DNA of 63,338 nucleotides, the filler included, from Octopus bimaculoides (lineage: Eukaryota): the NCBI RefSeq assembly GCF_001194135.2. It is 5 parts of 5 records of this genome, joined end to end, with 100 filler letters (N's around TTAATTAATTAA, not from the genome) between each part and the next. Parts side by side here need not be neighbours in the genome. Positions count along the whole stretch, not along the records: positions 51,710 to 63,338 come from NC_069010.1; 4 more parts are not named here. One strand, given 5' to 3'. This document shows, piece by piece, positions 51,710 to 63,080 of this stretch. The number at the start of each line of letters is the position of its first letter. Within the stretch, counting starts at the first letter, position 1. The position numbers and the translations under genes are program-made. The notes under the pieces were generated by a model, which had not been told where the DNA came from, searched no databases, and was given only the letters and a program-made list of their open reading frames with translations.

Positions 51710-52439
51710 ATATATATATATATATATATAAGGGCATCCAGCTGTAGAAACTCTGCCAAGTCGTCCAACCCATGCTAGCATGGAAAGCGGACGTTAAATG
51801 ATGATGATGATGATATATATACGACGGGCTTCTTTCAGTTTCCGTCTACCAAATCCACTCACAAGGCTTTAGTTGACCCAAAGCTACAGTAGAAGACACT
51901 TGCCCAAGGTGCCACACAGTGGGACTGAACCCAGAACTATGTGGTTGGGAAGCAAGCTTCTTACCACACGGCCATGCCTGCACCCCTCTATTGTACATTT
52001 CCAATTTTCCATGGAAAAGCATATCTAGTAGCACTGGTGCCATTGTTCACTTCGGCCATCTTCATCATCAGCCTATGAGGATGATAGTTATGATGATGGT
52101 GGTGGTGGTGGTGGTGGTAATGATGGTGATAGTTATGATGAGAATGACGATGATGATGATGAACTTACTTTGGCAAATTAGTAGACCTGAGTCTGTTGAT
52201 GGAGCGCCTTGACAAGATCTCTTCAGCAATGCTCGAATATGGAGTGCTGGGTCCATTTCTAGAGTGAACGACAAAAGACAAAAAAAAACAGAAAAGAAAA
52301 GAAAAGTTTAGTAATTTAAACTGAAAACAATGTGTGCTCAATACCTTTATGAGGGGAGGCTGGAAACTTCCTGGCTCTGGGTAACATCAAACACTTTAGA
52401 GTGTACTGTCTATTATATAGTGGTTAGAATGTCAGGGAT

Positions 52440-52828
52440 GGAGGCACAATGGCCCAGTGGTTAGGGCAGCGGACTCGCGGTCATAGGATCGCAGTTTCGA
52501 TTCCCAGACCGGGCGTTGTGAGTGTTTATTGAGCGAAAACACCTAAAAGCTCCACGAGGCTCCGGCAGGGGATGGTGGCGAACACTGCTGTACTCTTTCA
52601 CCACAACTTTCTCTCACTCTTTCTTCCTGTTTCTGTTGTGCTTGTAATTCAAAGGGGTCAGCCTTGTCACATTCTGTGTCACGCTGAATATCCCCCGAGA
52701 ACTACGTTAAGGGTACACGTGTCTGTGGAGTGCTCAGCCACTTGCACGTTAATTTCACGAGCAGGCTGTTCCGTTGATCGGATCAACTGGAACCCTCTCA
52801 TCGTCGTGAGCGACGGAGTGCCAACAAA
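52440..52828 (+). mobile_element. Family C tRNA-derived SINE, full length
   Basis: Homologous to 3734-4116. A 3' fragment also lies at 6140-6330(-). Confidence 0.85.
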
Positions 52829-53499
52829 GAATGTCAGGCTCACAATCATTAGATAGTGAGTTCGATTCTCAGACCGGGCTGTGCGTTGTGTTCTTGAGGA
52901 AGACACTTTATTTCAGGTTGTTCTAGTTCACTCATCTGTGGAAATGAGTTGCGACATCACTGGTGCCAAGCTGTATCGGCCCCTTTGCCTTTCCCTTGGA
53001 CAACATCAGTGGCATGGAGAAGAGAGGCCGGTATACATGGGCGACTGCTGGTCTTCAGTGAAGAACCTTGTCTGCATTTGTGCCTCGGAGGGGAACTTTT
53101 AGGTATAATTCCATGATAATTCATAACCAAAGGGGGTCTTTTCCCTATATCATATAAAACGTCCGCCTTCCATGCTGGTGTCGGTTGGACAGTTTGACCA
53201 GAACTAACAAACTGAAAAGCTGCACCAGGTTCCAGTCTGATTCGGGCTTGGTTTCAACAGCTGGATGCCCTTCCTAATGGTAACCCCTTTACACTATATG
53301 CTGAATGCTTTTAACATGACATCAGCATGAACACCGTCGTGTGGCACTGGTACAAGTGCTTCTTACATGGCACCGGCACAAGACTCTTGCAGGCTGGCCA
53401 ACCATCCCCACCAGGGGCAACTGCTATCTTTGTTAAAATTTATATTGTCCCAGTTTTTTTTAACTTTTTCACTTGCCTTTTATGTAACCTCATATTGCA

Positions 53500-53766
53500 T
53501 AGTGCAGGTGGCATGTAAAATACACCATTTCGAGCGTGGCCGTTGCCAGTACCTCCTGACTGGCCTTCGTGCCAGTGGCACGTAAAAGCACCCACTACAC
53601 TCTCGGAGTGTTTAGTGTTAGGAAGGGCATCCAGCTGTAGAAACTCTGCCAAATCAGATTGGAGCCTGGTGTAGCCATCCGGTTTCACCAGTCCTCAGTC
53701 AAATCGTCCAACCTATGCTAGCATGGAAAGCAGACATTAAACGATGATGATGATGATGATGATGAT
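53500..53766 (+). mobile_element. Family D SINE/LINE 3' end with (GAT)n tail (RTE-type)
   Basis: aagcacccactacactc..ggaagggcatccagctgtagaaac..tcgtccaacc.atgctagcatggaaagc.gac.ttaaacgatgatgat. Related pieces near 36420(-), 37060(-), 37820(-), 51730, 55170, 56750 and 59290. Confidence 0.75.
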
Positions 53767-54564
53767 ATTGCATTCTCCAGTACCATTCCCAACATCTTTT
53801 CTGAATCATCATCATCATCGTTTAACGTNNNNNNNNNNNNNNNNNNNNNNNNNNNNNNNNNNNNNNNNNNNNNNNNNNNNNNNNNNNNNNNNNNNNNNNN
53901 NNNNNNNNNNNNNNNNNNNNNNNNNNNNNNNNNNNNNNNNNNNNNNNNNNNNNNNNNNNNNNNNNNNNNNNNNNNNNNNNNNNNNNNNNNNNNNNNNNNN
54001 NNNNNNNNNNNNNNNNNNNNNNNNNNNNNNNNNNNNNNNNNNNNNNNNNNNNNNNNNNNNNNNNNNNNNNNNNNNNNNNNNNNNNNNNNNNNNNNNNNNN
54101 NNNNNNNNNNNNNNNNNNNNNNNNNNNNNNNNNNNNNNNNNNNNNNNNNNNNNNNNNNNNNNNNNNNNNNNNNNNNNNNNNNNNNNNNNNNNNNNNNNNN
54201 NNNNNNNNNNNNNNNNNNNNNNNNNNNNNNNNNNNNNNNNNNNNNNNNNNNNNNNNNNNNNNNNNNNNNNNNNNNNNNNNNNNNNNNNNNNNNNNNNNNN
54301 NNNNNNNNNNNNNNNNNNNNNNNNNNNNNNNNNNNNNNNNNNNNNNNNNNNNNNNNNNNNNNNNNNNNNNNNNNNNNNNNNNNNNNNNNNNNNNNNNNNN
54401 NNNNNNNNNNNNNNNNNNNNNNNNNNNNNNNNNNNNNNNNNNNNNNNNNNNNNNNNNNNNNNNNNNNNNNNNNNNNNNNNNNNNNNNNNNNNNNNNNNNN
54501 NNNNNNNNNNNNNNNNNNNNNNNNNNNNNNNNNTATTTGCTTTTTTCATTTTAAATTTGCTTTA

Positions 54565-54598
54565 ACCCTAACCCTAACCCTACGGTTAGGGTTAGGGT
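54565..54598. repeat. Telomere-like hairpin (CCCTAA)n-CTAC-(TTAGGG)n at the end of an interspersed repeat
   Basis: Perfect 15-bp stem accctaaccctaacc/ggttagggttagggt with a 4-nt loop. Confidence 0.85.
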
Positions 54599-55548
54599 CA
54601 ATTGTTTCAGAATCGTTTGTTTATGTAGTCGGCACTTAATGTATATCGGCTAAATGGACGTCAGTGATTGGTTGAAATTACAGAAATACGACAACTTTAA
54701 CATGGAATAACTTATGGATTTCTTTTTTTTTTTTAAGAAGACTAAGAGAAAAAGATGTTTTATATGACACATTCTACCAGTGTCCCAAGTTTCAAAGTGT
54801 TTCGTTAATGAAAAATGTGGCCCCCGTTTTAAAAAAGATCCGAAATGAATAATGTGGAAACTTACTTTTTAACACTGTCCAGCCGTGATTTCGATGTCAG
54901 TCCACTGCCACTTGCTATTCCGTTCTCCTGAGAATTATAGAGAAAAAAATAAACATGTAGGCATCTTATAAACATGTTACCATGTAACACAATATGGTCT
55001 AACATGTGGTGACACATACGAATGGTCAAACTAACACATAATATATATATATATATATATATATATACGCATATGAGTGGGGTGCAGAATATTTCCTGGC
55101 TTTAAGGGTATCATGAAAGGCCCGGCTGGATGCCCTATCTTCTGAGTTTTTTTANNNNNNNNNNAGAGAGTGTAGTGGGTGCCTTTATGTGTCACCCGCA
55201 CGAAAACGGCCACGCTCGAAATGGTGTCTTTTATGTGCCACCCGCACAAGAGCCAGTCCAGGGGCACTGGCAACGATCTCGCTCGAAAACCCTACAAGGC
55301 CAGGTGTGTGTGTATATATATATATTGTGGTGGTGGAGGCCCCCAGGTGAGAAGTGGGCTGGTCCACTACTAACAAATGGTGGTCTGGCACAGTCAGGAA
55401 TGTCAGTCAGCGAGGCACACTGGTCGGGCCAGTCCCGCAGAGATGACGAAATACGTTGTCATAATGCGGACAAGACAAGACAAGACACCAAGAGAGAGAG
55501 GGTAGAGAAAGAGAGGGAGAGAAAGAGAGAGAGAGGTGTAAAACTTAC

Positions 55549-55635
55549 CTTGACTCCATTGAAGTGCTTTTGTGGGGATGATACAGGTGTTGAGAAATCC
55601 GACTCGCAACTGGAATCGGCAGGTGACTTGTCGGT
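55549..55635 (-). CDS. 3' part of an exon of the unidentified gene emerging from an N-gap (TDKSPADSSCESDFSTPVSSPQKHFNGVK)
   Basis: Open for 29 codons from the gap edge to a strong donor AAG|gtaagt. The 5' part is hidden in gap 55636-56487. Confidence 0.55.
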
Positions 55636-56487
55636 NNNNNNNNNNNNNNNNNNNNNNNNNNNNNNNNNNNNNNNNNNNNNNNNNNNNNNNNNNNNNNNNN
55701 NNNNNNNNNNNNNNNNNNNNNNNNNNNNNNNNNNNNNNNNNNNNNNNNNNNNNNNNNNNNNNNNNNNNNNNNNNNNNNNNNNNNNNNNNNNNNNNNNNNN
55801 NNNNNNNNNNNNNNNNNNNNNNNNNNNNNNNNNNNNNNNNNNNNNNNNNNNNNNNNNNNNNNNNNNNNNNNNNNNNNNNNNNNNNNNNNNNNNNNNNNNN
55901 NNNNNNNNNNNNNNNNNNNNNNNNNNNNNNNNNNNNNNNNNNNNNNNNNNNNNNNNNNNNNNNNNNNNNNNNNNNNNNNNNNNNNNNNNNNNNNNNNNNN
56001 NNNNNNNNNNNNNNNNNNNNNNNNNNNNNNNNNNNNNNNNNNNNNNNNNNNNNNNNNNNNNNNNNNNNNNNNNNNNNNNNNNNNNNNNNNNNNNNNNNNN
56101 NNNNNNNNNNNNNNNNNNNNNNNNNNNNNNNNNNNNNNNNNNNNNNNNNNNNNNNNNNNNNNNNNNNNNNNNNNNNNNNNNNNNNNNNNNNNNNNNNNNN
56201 NNNNNNNNNNNNNNNNNNNNNNNNNNNNNNNNNNNNNNNNNNNNNNNNNNNNNNNNNNNNNNNNNNNNNNNNNNNNNNNNNNNNNNNNNNNNNNNNNNNN
56301 NNNNNNNNNNNNNNNNNNNNNNNNNNNNNNNNNNNNNNNNNNNNNNNNNNNNNNNNNNNNNNNNNNNNNNNNNNNNNNNNNNNNNNNNNNNNNNNNNNNN
56401 NNNNNNNNNNNNNNNNNNNNNNNNNNNNNNNNNNNNNNNNNNNNNNNNNNNNNNNNNNNNNNNNNNNNNNNNNNNNNNNNNNNNNNN

Positions 56488-56752
56488 AACTTTTGAAAAC
56501 AAGACATTTGTACTACAGAGCTAGAGGTGGTTTCAACCAGGTTGGTATCAAGAGGGTTAAGAATTGTTTCTCTATTATATATTTTAACCGTTTCGTTACA
56601 ATATCTATTTTGTGATGCTCTGTGTTTCTTTCAATTAATTTTAAATATAACAAAGAACTTAGTTATCATTAAGCTGGTGTTAGGAACATAAATTGTGACT
56701 AAGGTTTGGTGGAAGAATTTAATTCAGAACTTTTGAAAACAAGACATTTGCA
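56488..56752 (+). mobile_element. Two adjacent partial copies of a TTAA-ended (piggyBac-like) MITE
   Basis: aacttttgaaaacaagacatttg occurs twice (56488, 56728). The first copy ends aagagggttaa and the second begins ttaaccgtttcgttac. Confidence 0.55.
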
Positions 56753-57200
56753 CAGGTAGCGCATAAAAAGCACCCAATACACTCTGTAAAGTGGTTGGTG
56801 TTGGGAAGGGCATCCAGCCATAGAGACCATGTCACAACAGACAGCTGGAGCCAGGACAGCTCCTGTCAAACCGTCCAACCCATGCCAGCATAGAAAACAG
56901 ATGTTAAATGATAAAGATGATGATGATAGCGACATGTTTGATATATATGGTTGGCATAAGAAATGTCAAAAGCACTAAGCAGAGGTCAAGTGTATGTACC
57001 ATCTAGTGGCTGCTGTCGGGTCGCCGTAAGAGGTCAACTTTCAGAGCCACAGAGCTGACAGATTCTGATGTAGCACAAAACAGGCATAGAGTTAGGTCAC
57101 AAAAGACTGATGTTTTACAGGCCGTAGTAGGAGTGGTAGGTATACAATATTAGAGGAAAGAAAGGACAGTATGCAACATAAAGTGAAAAAGCTCACCTAC

Positions 57201-57324
57201 CTTGGGCGTAATTGAAGGCACGAGACATACTGAGTTTCAGCCCTTTAATTTGGCGGTTACACTCTTGCTGGGACACATGACATGGCAGCATGTCCTCCAA
57301 ACCAATCACACTGAGAAACTTCGA
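57201..57324 (-). CDS. Exon of unidentified gene (SKFLSVIGLEDMLPCHVSQQECNRQIKGLKLSMSRAFNYAQ)
   Basis: Acceptor ctatcattaacag, donor CAAG|gtaggt, 124 nt, phase 0 in and 1 out, in frame with the upstream exon. Confidence 0.65.
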
Positions 57325-58303
57325 CTGTTAATGATAGTATATACATACACATATATATATATATATAATTTTTCATAAAAAACTATGTAATCGTTACCAA
57401 TATAGCAGGAGATTTCACCACAAAAAAATCTAAATTAGACTCCTTAGGGATCATTCTCCTTGTTTCTATATCCAAAGTTTTAAATTTTTAAATTTAAGAG
57501 AGAGATTTGACGCTAATATCCATTATTAATGTAATTTATTCCTATGTCAACATTTCTGTATAAAGCTATANNNNNNNNNNNNNNNNNNNNNNNNNNNNNN
57601 NNNNNNNNNNNNNNNNNNNNNNNNNNNNNNNNNNNNNNNNNNNNNNNNNNNNNNNNNNNNNNNNNNNNNNNNNNNNNNNNNNNNNNNNNNNNNNNNNNNN
57701 NNNNNNNNNNNNNNNNNNNNNNNNNNNNNNNNNNNNNNNNNNNNNNNNNNNNNNNNNNNNNNNNNNNNNNNNNNNNNNNNNNNNNNNNNNNNNNNNNNNN
57801 NNNNNNNNNNNNNNNNNNNNNNNNNNNNNNNNNNNNNNNNNNNNNNNNNNNNNNNNNNNNNNNNNNNNNNNNNNNNNNNNNNNNNNNNNNNNNNNNNNNN
57901 NNNNNNNNNNNNNNNNNNNNNNNNNNNNNNNNNNNNNNNNNNNNNNNNNNNNNNNNNNNNNNNNNNNNNNNNNNNNNNNNNNNNNNNNNNNNNNNNNNNN
58001 NNNNNNNNNNNNNNNNNNNNNNNNNNNNNNNNNNNNNNNNNNNNNNNNNNNNNNNNNNNNNNNNNNNNNNNNNNNNNNNNNNNNNNNNNNNNNNNNNNNN
58101 NNNNNNNNNNNNNNNNNNNNNNNNNNNNNNNNNNNNNNNNNNNNNNNNNNNNNNNNNNNNNNNNNNNNNNNNNNNNNNNNNNNNNNNNNNNNNNNNNNNN
58201 NNNNNNNNNNNNNNNNNNNNNNNNNNNNNNNNNNNNNNNNNNNNNNNNNNNNNNNNNNNNNNNNNNNNNNNNNNNNNNNNNNNNNNNNNNNNNNNNNNNN
58301 NNN

Positions 58304-58602
58304 TACTTATTCTATCGGTCTCTTTTGCCGAACCGCTAAGTTACGGGGACATAAACACACCAGCATCGGTTGTCAAGCGATGTTGGGGGGACAAACACAG
58401 ACACACAAACATATATATATATATATATACATATATACGACGGGCTTCTTTCAGTTTCCGTCCACCAAATCCACTCACAAGGCTTTGGTCAGCCCGAGGC
58501 TATGGTAGAAGACACTTTTCCCAAGGTGCCACGCAGTGGGACTGAACCCAGAACCATGTGGTTGGTAAGCAAGCTACTTACCACACAGCCACTCCCGCGC
58601 CT
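58304..58602 (-). mobile_element. Family A SINE (low divergence)
   Basis: Near-identical to the family consensus seen across copies. Other partial copies near 8115, 8612, 51815, 59575, 61355 and 62485. Confidence 0.82.
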
Positions 58603-58779
58603 ATATATATATGGTACATACAAATATGTGGGGCTGAACCTGACCCCCTATGGTTGAGAAGCAAACATATCGATCCCGTACACACACGTGTCTTCACTCG
58701 TAATCTTCAGCAAATGCAAAGAAGTGTATACTAAGACGTAAAGAAGAGAGAAAGGAAGAGTAAAGCGAGGCATTTTTAC

Positions 58780-58884
58780 CTTGATAAAGGAGAATCCTGA
58801 AGAATTTTCATACTCCTCCTTACGCTTATTCTGAATAATGGAATGATACTTCTCCGGATGTTTCTCGATGTAGTCCATGAGGTC
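58780..58884 (-). CDS. Exon of unidentified gene (DLMDYIEKHPEKYHSIIQNKRKEEYENSSGFSFIK)
   Basis: Acceptor ctcttctgttctag, donor AAG|gtaaaa, 105 nt, phase 0/0, non-repetitive protein-like composition. Confidence 0.7.
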
Positions 58885-59031
58885 CTAGAACAGAAGAGCA
58901 TGGTCATGTAGTACCCTGGTGGTGTAGTACAATGTAGGTCATAGGCCACCCAACTAGTAGATCTCATAGGCTACCCAACCAGTAGCAGATCTTGTCAGCC
59001 AGTGCTGAGATCCCTGACCTCACTATATGTA

Positions 59032-59252
59032 TACAAGGGGGTGCTAAAATGTTACTGGCTTTAAGGGTTTCGCAACAGGCCTGGTTGGAGACCCAACGTT
59101 CCGAGTTCTTTTACAAGGCTTAGAAAAACTGAAGGACTGCTGCAATAAGTGTGTGAATCTGAGAGGGGAATATGTTGAATAAAATCATAATTAACTGATC
59201 CTCCTCTATTTTCTTTTACCCAAAACCAGGAACTTTTCAGCATCCACTCATG
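59032..59252 (+). mobile_element. Short non-autonomous mariner derivative (both termini plus transposase C-terminus FYKGLEKLKDCCNKCVNLRGEYVE*)
   Basis: Left end ta-caagggggtgctaaaatgttactggcttt is approximately inverted at the right end aaaaccaggaacttttcagcatccactc. C-terminal mariner motif 'CxxxxGxYVE*'. Similar left ends near 52350 and 55072. Confidence 0.7.
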
Positions 59253-60629
59253 TGTGTGTGTGTGTGTATATATATGCGTGTATGTATATGGACCCTTGTG
59301 TAGTCATCTGGTTTCACCAGTCCTCAGTCAAATCGTCCAACCCATGCTAGCATGGAAAGCGGACGTTAAACGACAATGATGATGATGATGATACATATAT
59401 ATATATAATACAAACAATATATATGCATGTATAAACATATATGTACATCTACATGTGTATATATATGCATATCAGGGTACAAGACGTTAGAACAATGAAC
59501 TACAGACAACGGAACGAACACATAGGAAAACAGATAGCCACTTGGAATTAATCCTTCGTCAGCTGCCTCTATTCTAAGTCATTTGACTGTGGCCATGCTG
59601 GAGCACCTCGTTTAGTCAAGAAATTGAACCCAGGACTTACTCTTTGTAAGCCTAGTACTTTTTCTGTCTACCAAATCCACTCACAAGGCTTTGGTCAGCC
59701 CAAGGCTTTAGTAGTCGATTCTGGGCCCCATTGCTAATTGGTACTTTGGCCAGAATTTGAACTCAGAATGTAAAGCTAACAGATCAGCCACTAAGGATAT
59801 TACCCGGTGTGCTAACGATTCTGCCACCTTGCCGCTGTGAAGCGTTTAATACTAATTGTCTTACCCCAAGCGCTTTGTGTGTCTCCAAGCTACCCTGCGT
59901 TTCATACTCTTCTNNNNNNNNNNNNNNNNNNNNNNNNNNNNNNNNNNNNNNNNNNNNNNNNNNNNNNNNNNNNNNNNNNNNNNNNNNNNNNNNNNNNNNN
60001 NNNNNNNNNNNNNNNNNNNNNNNNNNNNNNNNNNNNNNNNNNNNNNNNNNNNNNNNNNNNNNNNNNNNNNNNNNNNNNNNNNNNNNNNNNNNNNNNNNNN
60101 NNNNNNNNNNNNNNNNNNNNNNNNNNNNNNNNNNNNNNNNNNNNNNNNNNNNNNNNNNNNNNNNNNNNNNNNNNNNNNNNNNNNNNNNNNNNNNNNNNNN
60201 NNNNNNNNNNNNNNNNNNNNNNNNNNNNNNNNNNNNNNNNNNNNNNNNNNNNNNNNNNNNNNNNNNNNNNNNNNNNNNNNNNNNNNNNNNNNNNNNNNNN
60301 NNNNNNNNNNNNNNNNNNNNNNNNNNNNNNNNNNNNNNNNNNNNNNNNNNNNNNNNNNNNNNNNNNNNNNNNNNNNNNNNNNNNNNNNNNNNNNNNNNNN
60401 NNNNNNNNNNNNNNNNNNNNNNNNNNNNNNNNNNNNNNNNNNNNNNNNNNNNNNNNNNNNNNNNNNNNNNNNNNNNNNNNNNNNNNNNNNNNNNNNNNNN
60501 NNNNNNTGGTGTGTAAATACAATTTCATTAAAAGATATCCATTTTCTTTAAAGTTACGAGAGAAAAAAACCGGATCTCGTGAATTTTCCGAAGTCCTTTT
60601 CCCACCCCCTCGGAAAAGATTTTACCCAC

Positions 60630-60840
60630 AAATTTGGGTAATTTTTCAGATCAACACCCGCACGATCTTCACTAGGGTGTTACGGTCAGGGTTAGTGTTT
60701 TAGGGTTAGGGTTTTAGGGTTTACGGTTACGATTTGGGTTAGGGAATTCCGTCCCTAACCGTAACCGTGACCCTAAAACCCTAACCCTAACACCCTAGTG
60801 AAGATCGTGCGGGTGTTAATCTGAAAAATTACCCAAATTT
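60630..60840. repeat. 211-bp palindrome with inner TTAGGG/CCCTAA telomere-like repeats
   Basis: About 54-bp outer arms with 1 mismatch. Inner degenerate TTAGGG runs face CCCTAA runs around gggaattccgtccc. Confidence 0.9.
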
Positions 60841-60982
60841 CTTTAGAACCGTAATGTATGCCGTTTGAAAGGTATTTGTATAAAATTTCATTATGTATAT
60901 ACGAAGATCTGAAACCCGAACTTGCTGTTGGGCCAAGCCTGCACCTTGTTAATTAATTCAATCGATGTACTTTCTTACTTAC

Positions 60983-61039
60983 CTCTTTCCATAAAATGCG
61001 TGATCTCATACAAATCGATGGAATAAATTCTAAGGACGG
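60983..61039 (-). CDS. Exon of unidentified gene (PSLEFIPSICMRSRILWKE; may contain the start ATG)
   Basis: Acceptor ctgtctgtacaccag, strong donor GAG|gtaagt, 57 nt, open in phase 0/0, compatible with the 58884 exon. Confidence 0.58.
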
Positions 61040-62442
61040 CTGGTGTACAGACAGATCACAGGGTTTGATGTGTATATATATATATATATATATAGTGATC
61101 AACAGTTAATTAGAGAGCGATCGGAGAATTAGAATATATCTTGTGGTTATATAGCAACAGCAATAATAAATAATAATAGACTGAAATGGAACAAACACCA
61201 ACAAAGTCGTGTCTCTAATATTTTTGAAATCCGGACAAGTTTGGCGGCGTTTTCAGATGACGTGTGATAACAGGTTACCGGTGTAGATATTTTGAAGTTA
61301 CCCTCTCATGAATTAAAGTTAACTGGAGGTAGTAACTGGTCATCTTTTATTTGTTTCAAGCCATTTAGGCTTGTCCATACTGGGGGGAACCGCCCCGAAG
61401 CGATTTTACTTACTTGGATGAATCGAACTCAGAAAGTTATTTTGGTTTTTTTTTTGGTTTTTTTCTAAGCCTGGTACTTATTCTATTGTTTTTGTTCTTT
61501 GCCGAAACGCTGTTACGGGTACGTAAACAGACCGACACCGGTCGTCAGTCAGTGGTGGGGGACAAATATAAAGATACACACACACACACACACTCACAGA
61601 CATATATACATACATACATGTATATATGGTAAAGATCGCCGAAGACACTTTTTACGGAAAAGGCCGATATTTCGGCCTAGTATCGAAAGATCGCCATATA
61701 TATATATATATATATATNNNNNNNNNNNNNNNNNNNNNNNNNNNNNNNNNNNNNNNNNNNNNNNNNNNNNNNNNNNNNNNNNNNNNNNNNNNNNNNNNNN
61801 NNNNNNNNNNNNNNNNNNNNNNNNNNNNNNNNNNNNNNNNNNNNNNNNNNNNNNNNNNNNNNNNNNNNNNNNNNNNNNNNNNNNNNNNNNNNNNNNNNNN
61901 NNNNNNNNNNNNNNNNNNNNNNNNNNNNNNNNNNNNNNNNNNNNNNNNNNNNNNNNNNNNNNNNNNNNNNNNNNNNNNNNNNNNNNNNNNNNNNNNNNNN
62001 NNNNNNNNNNNNNNNNNNNNNNNNNNNNNNNNNNNNNNNNNNNNNNNNNNNNNNNNNNNNNNNNNNNNNNNNNNNNNNNNNNNNNNNNNNNNNNNNNNNN
62101 NNNNNNNNNNNNNNNNNNNNNNNNNNNNNNNNNNNNNNNNNNNNNNNNNNNNNNNNNNNNNNNNNNNNNNNNNNNNNNNNNNNNNNNNNNNNNNNNNNNN
62201 TATATTTATATTTATATATTTATATATTTGATCCTTTATATTGAACACTCAATATTTCATCTACATTCAATACTTTCTTTCATGGTGCCATCCATTTTTA
62301 TTTTATTTTATTTTATATTGTATATTGTATATCATATTATATTATATATTGTATATTCCATATTCTATACCCCACATTAGTTCTGCAGGAATATAAATAA
62401 AACATAAAAAACAGACAGTGTTGGAACTCTTTTAAGCAAAAT

Positions 62443-62481
<39 letters not shown>

Positions 62482-62772
62482 GCCACTGGCTTCTTTCAGT
62501 TTCCGTCTACCAAATGTGCTCATAAGGCTTTGATCGGTCCCAGACTTTAGTAGAAGACACTTTGCCCAAGGTGCCAAGCAGTGGGACTGAACCCGGAACT
62601 ATGTGGTTGGGAAACAAACTTCTCATCACACAGTCACGCCTGCGCTTATGGAATTTTGATCTGAAATCTGTTTTTTTTTTTATATCACCTTTGCAGCAGT
62701 TGACAATAATGCTGTACACAATTTGTTGGGTATAATACCTTCTACAACCTGATTAACTATATGGGTAGCATG

Positions 62773-62928
62773 CAGGAGTGGACTGAGCTGTCAGTCAAAC
62801 AGGTATTGCCCAAGGACCCGGAGCACTGAGGGGCCCCGCAATCTACATGTTAACTCTGCTAAACGAATGCTAAAGGACCCAGTAAACAGTTATACCCAAG
62901 GGCCCTTAATACTGTCAGTCCGCCCCTG
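62773..62928. mobile_element. hAT-type MITE with perfect 8-bp target-site duplication
   Basis: TIRs caggagtggactga and tcagtccgcccctg (12/14 match). Flanked on both sides by GTAGCATG (62765-62772, 62929-62936). Confidence 0.85.
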
Positions 62929-63080
62929 GTAGCATGCCATATTGCATTACAAAGATCTATCTACTTTTCTGTCTGTCTATCTATCAATCTATCTATCTAC
63001 CTGGGTGGCTAGCTAGCTAGATTGATAGGTAGAGATGGATGGACGGATGGACGGACAGATAGACAAACATGTAGAGAGAC

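Noticed and set aside
53680-53700. CTGAGGA..GAAA on the minus strand of family D tails
   Set aside because: No stem II pairing and no cleavage triplet.
55130-56615. Long ORFs spanning N-runs (also 1188-2075, 17975-19234, 57544-58545 and others)
   Set aside because: Their length comes from X residues. Only the 55549-55635 segment has exon evidence.
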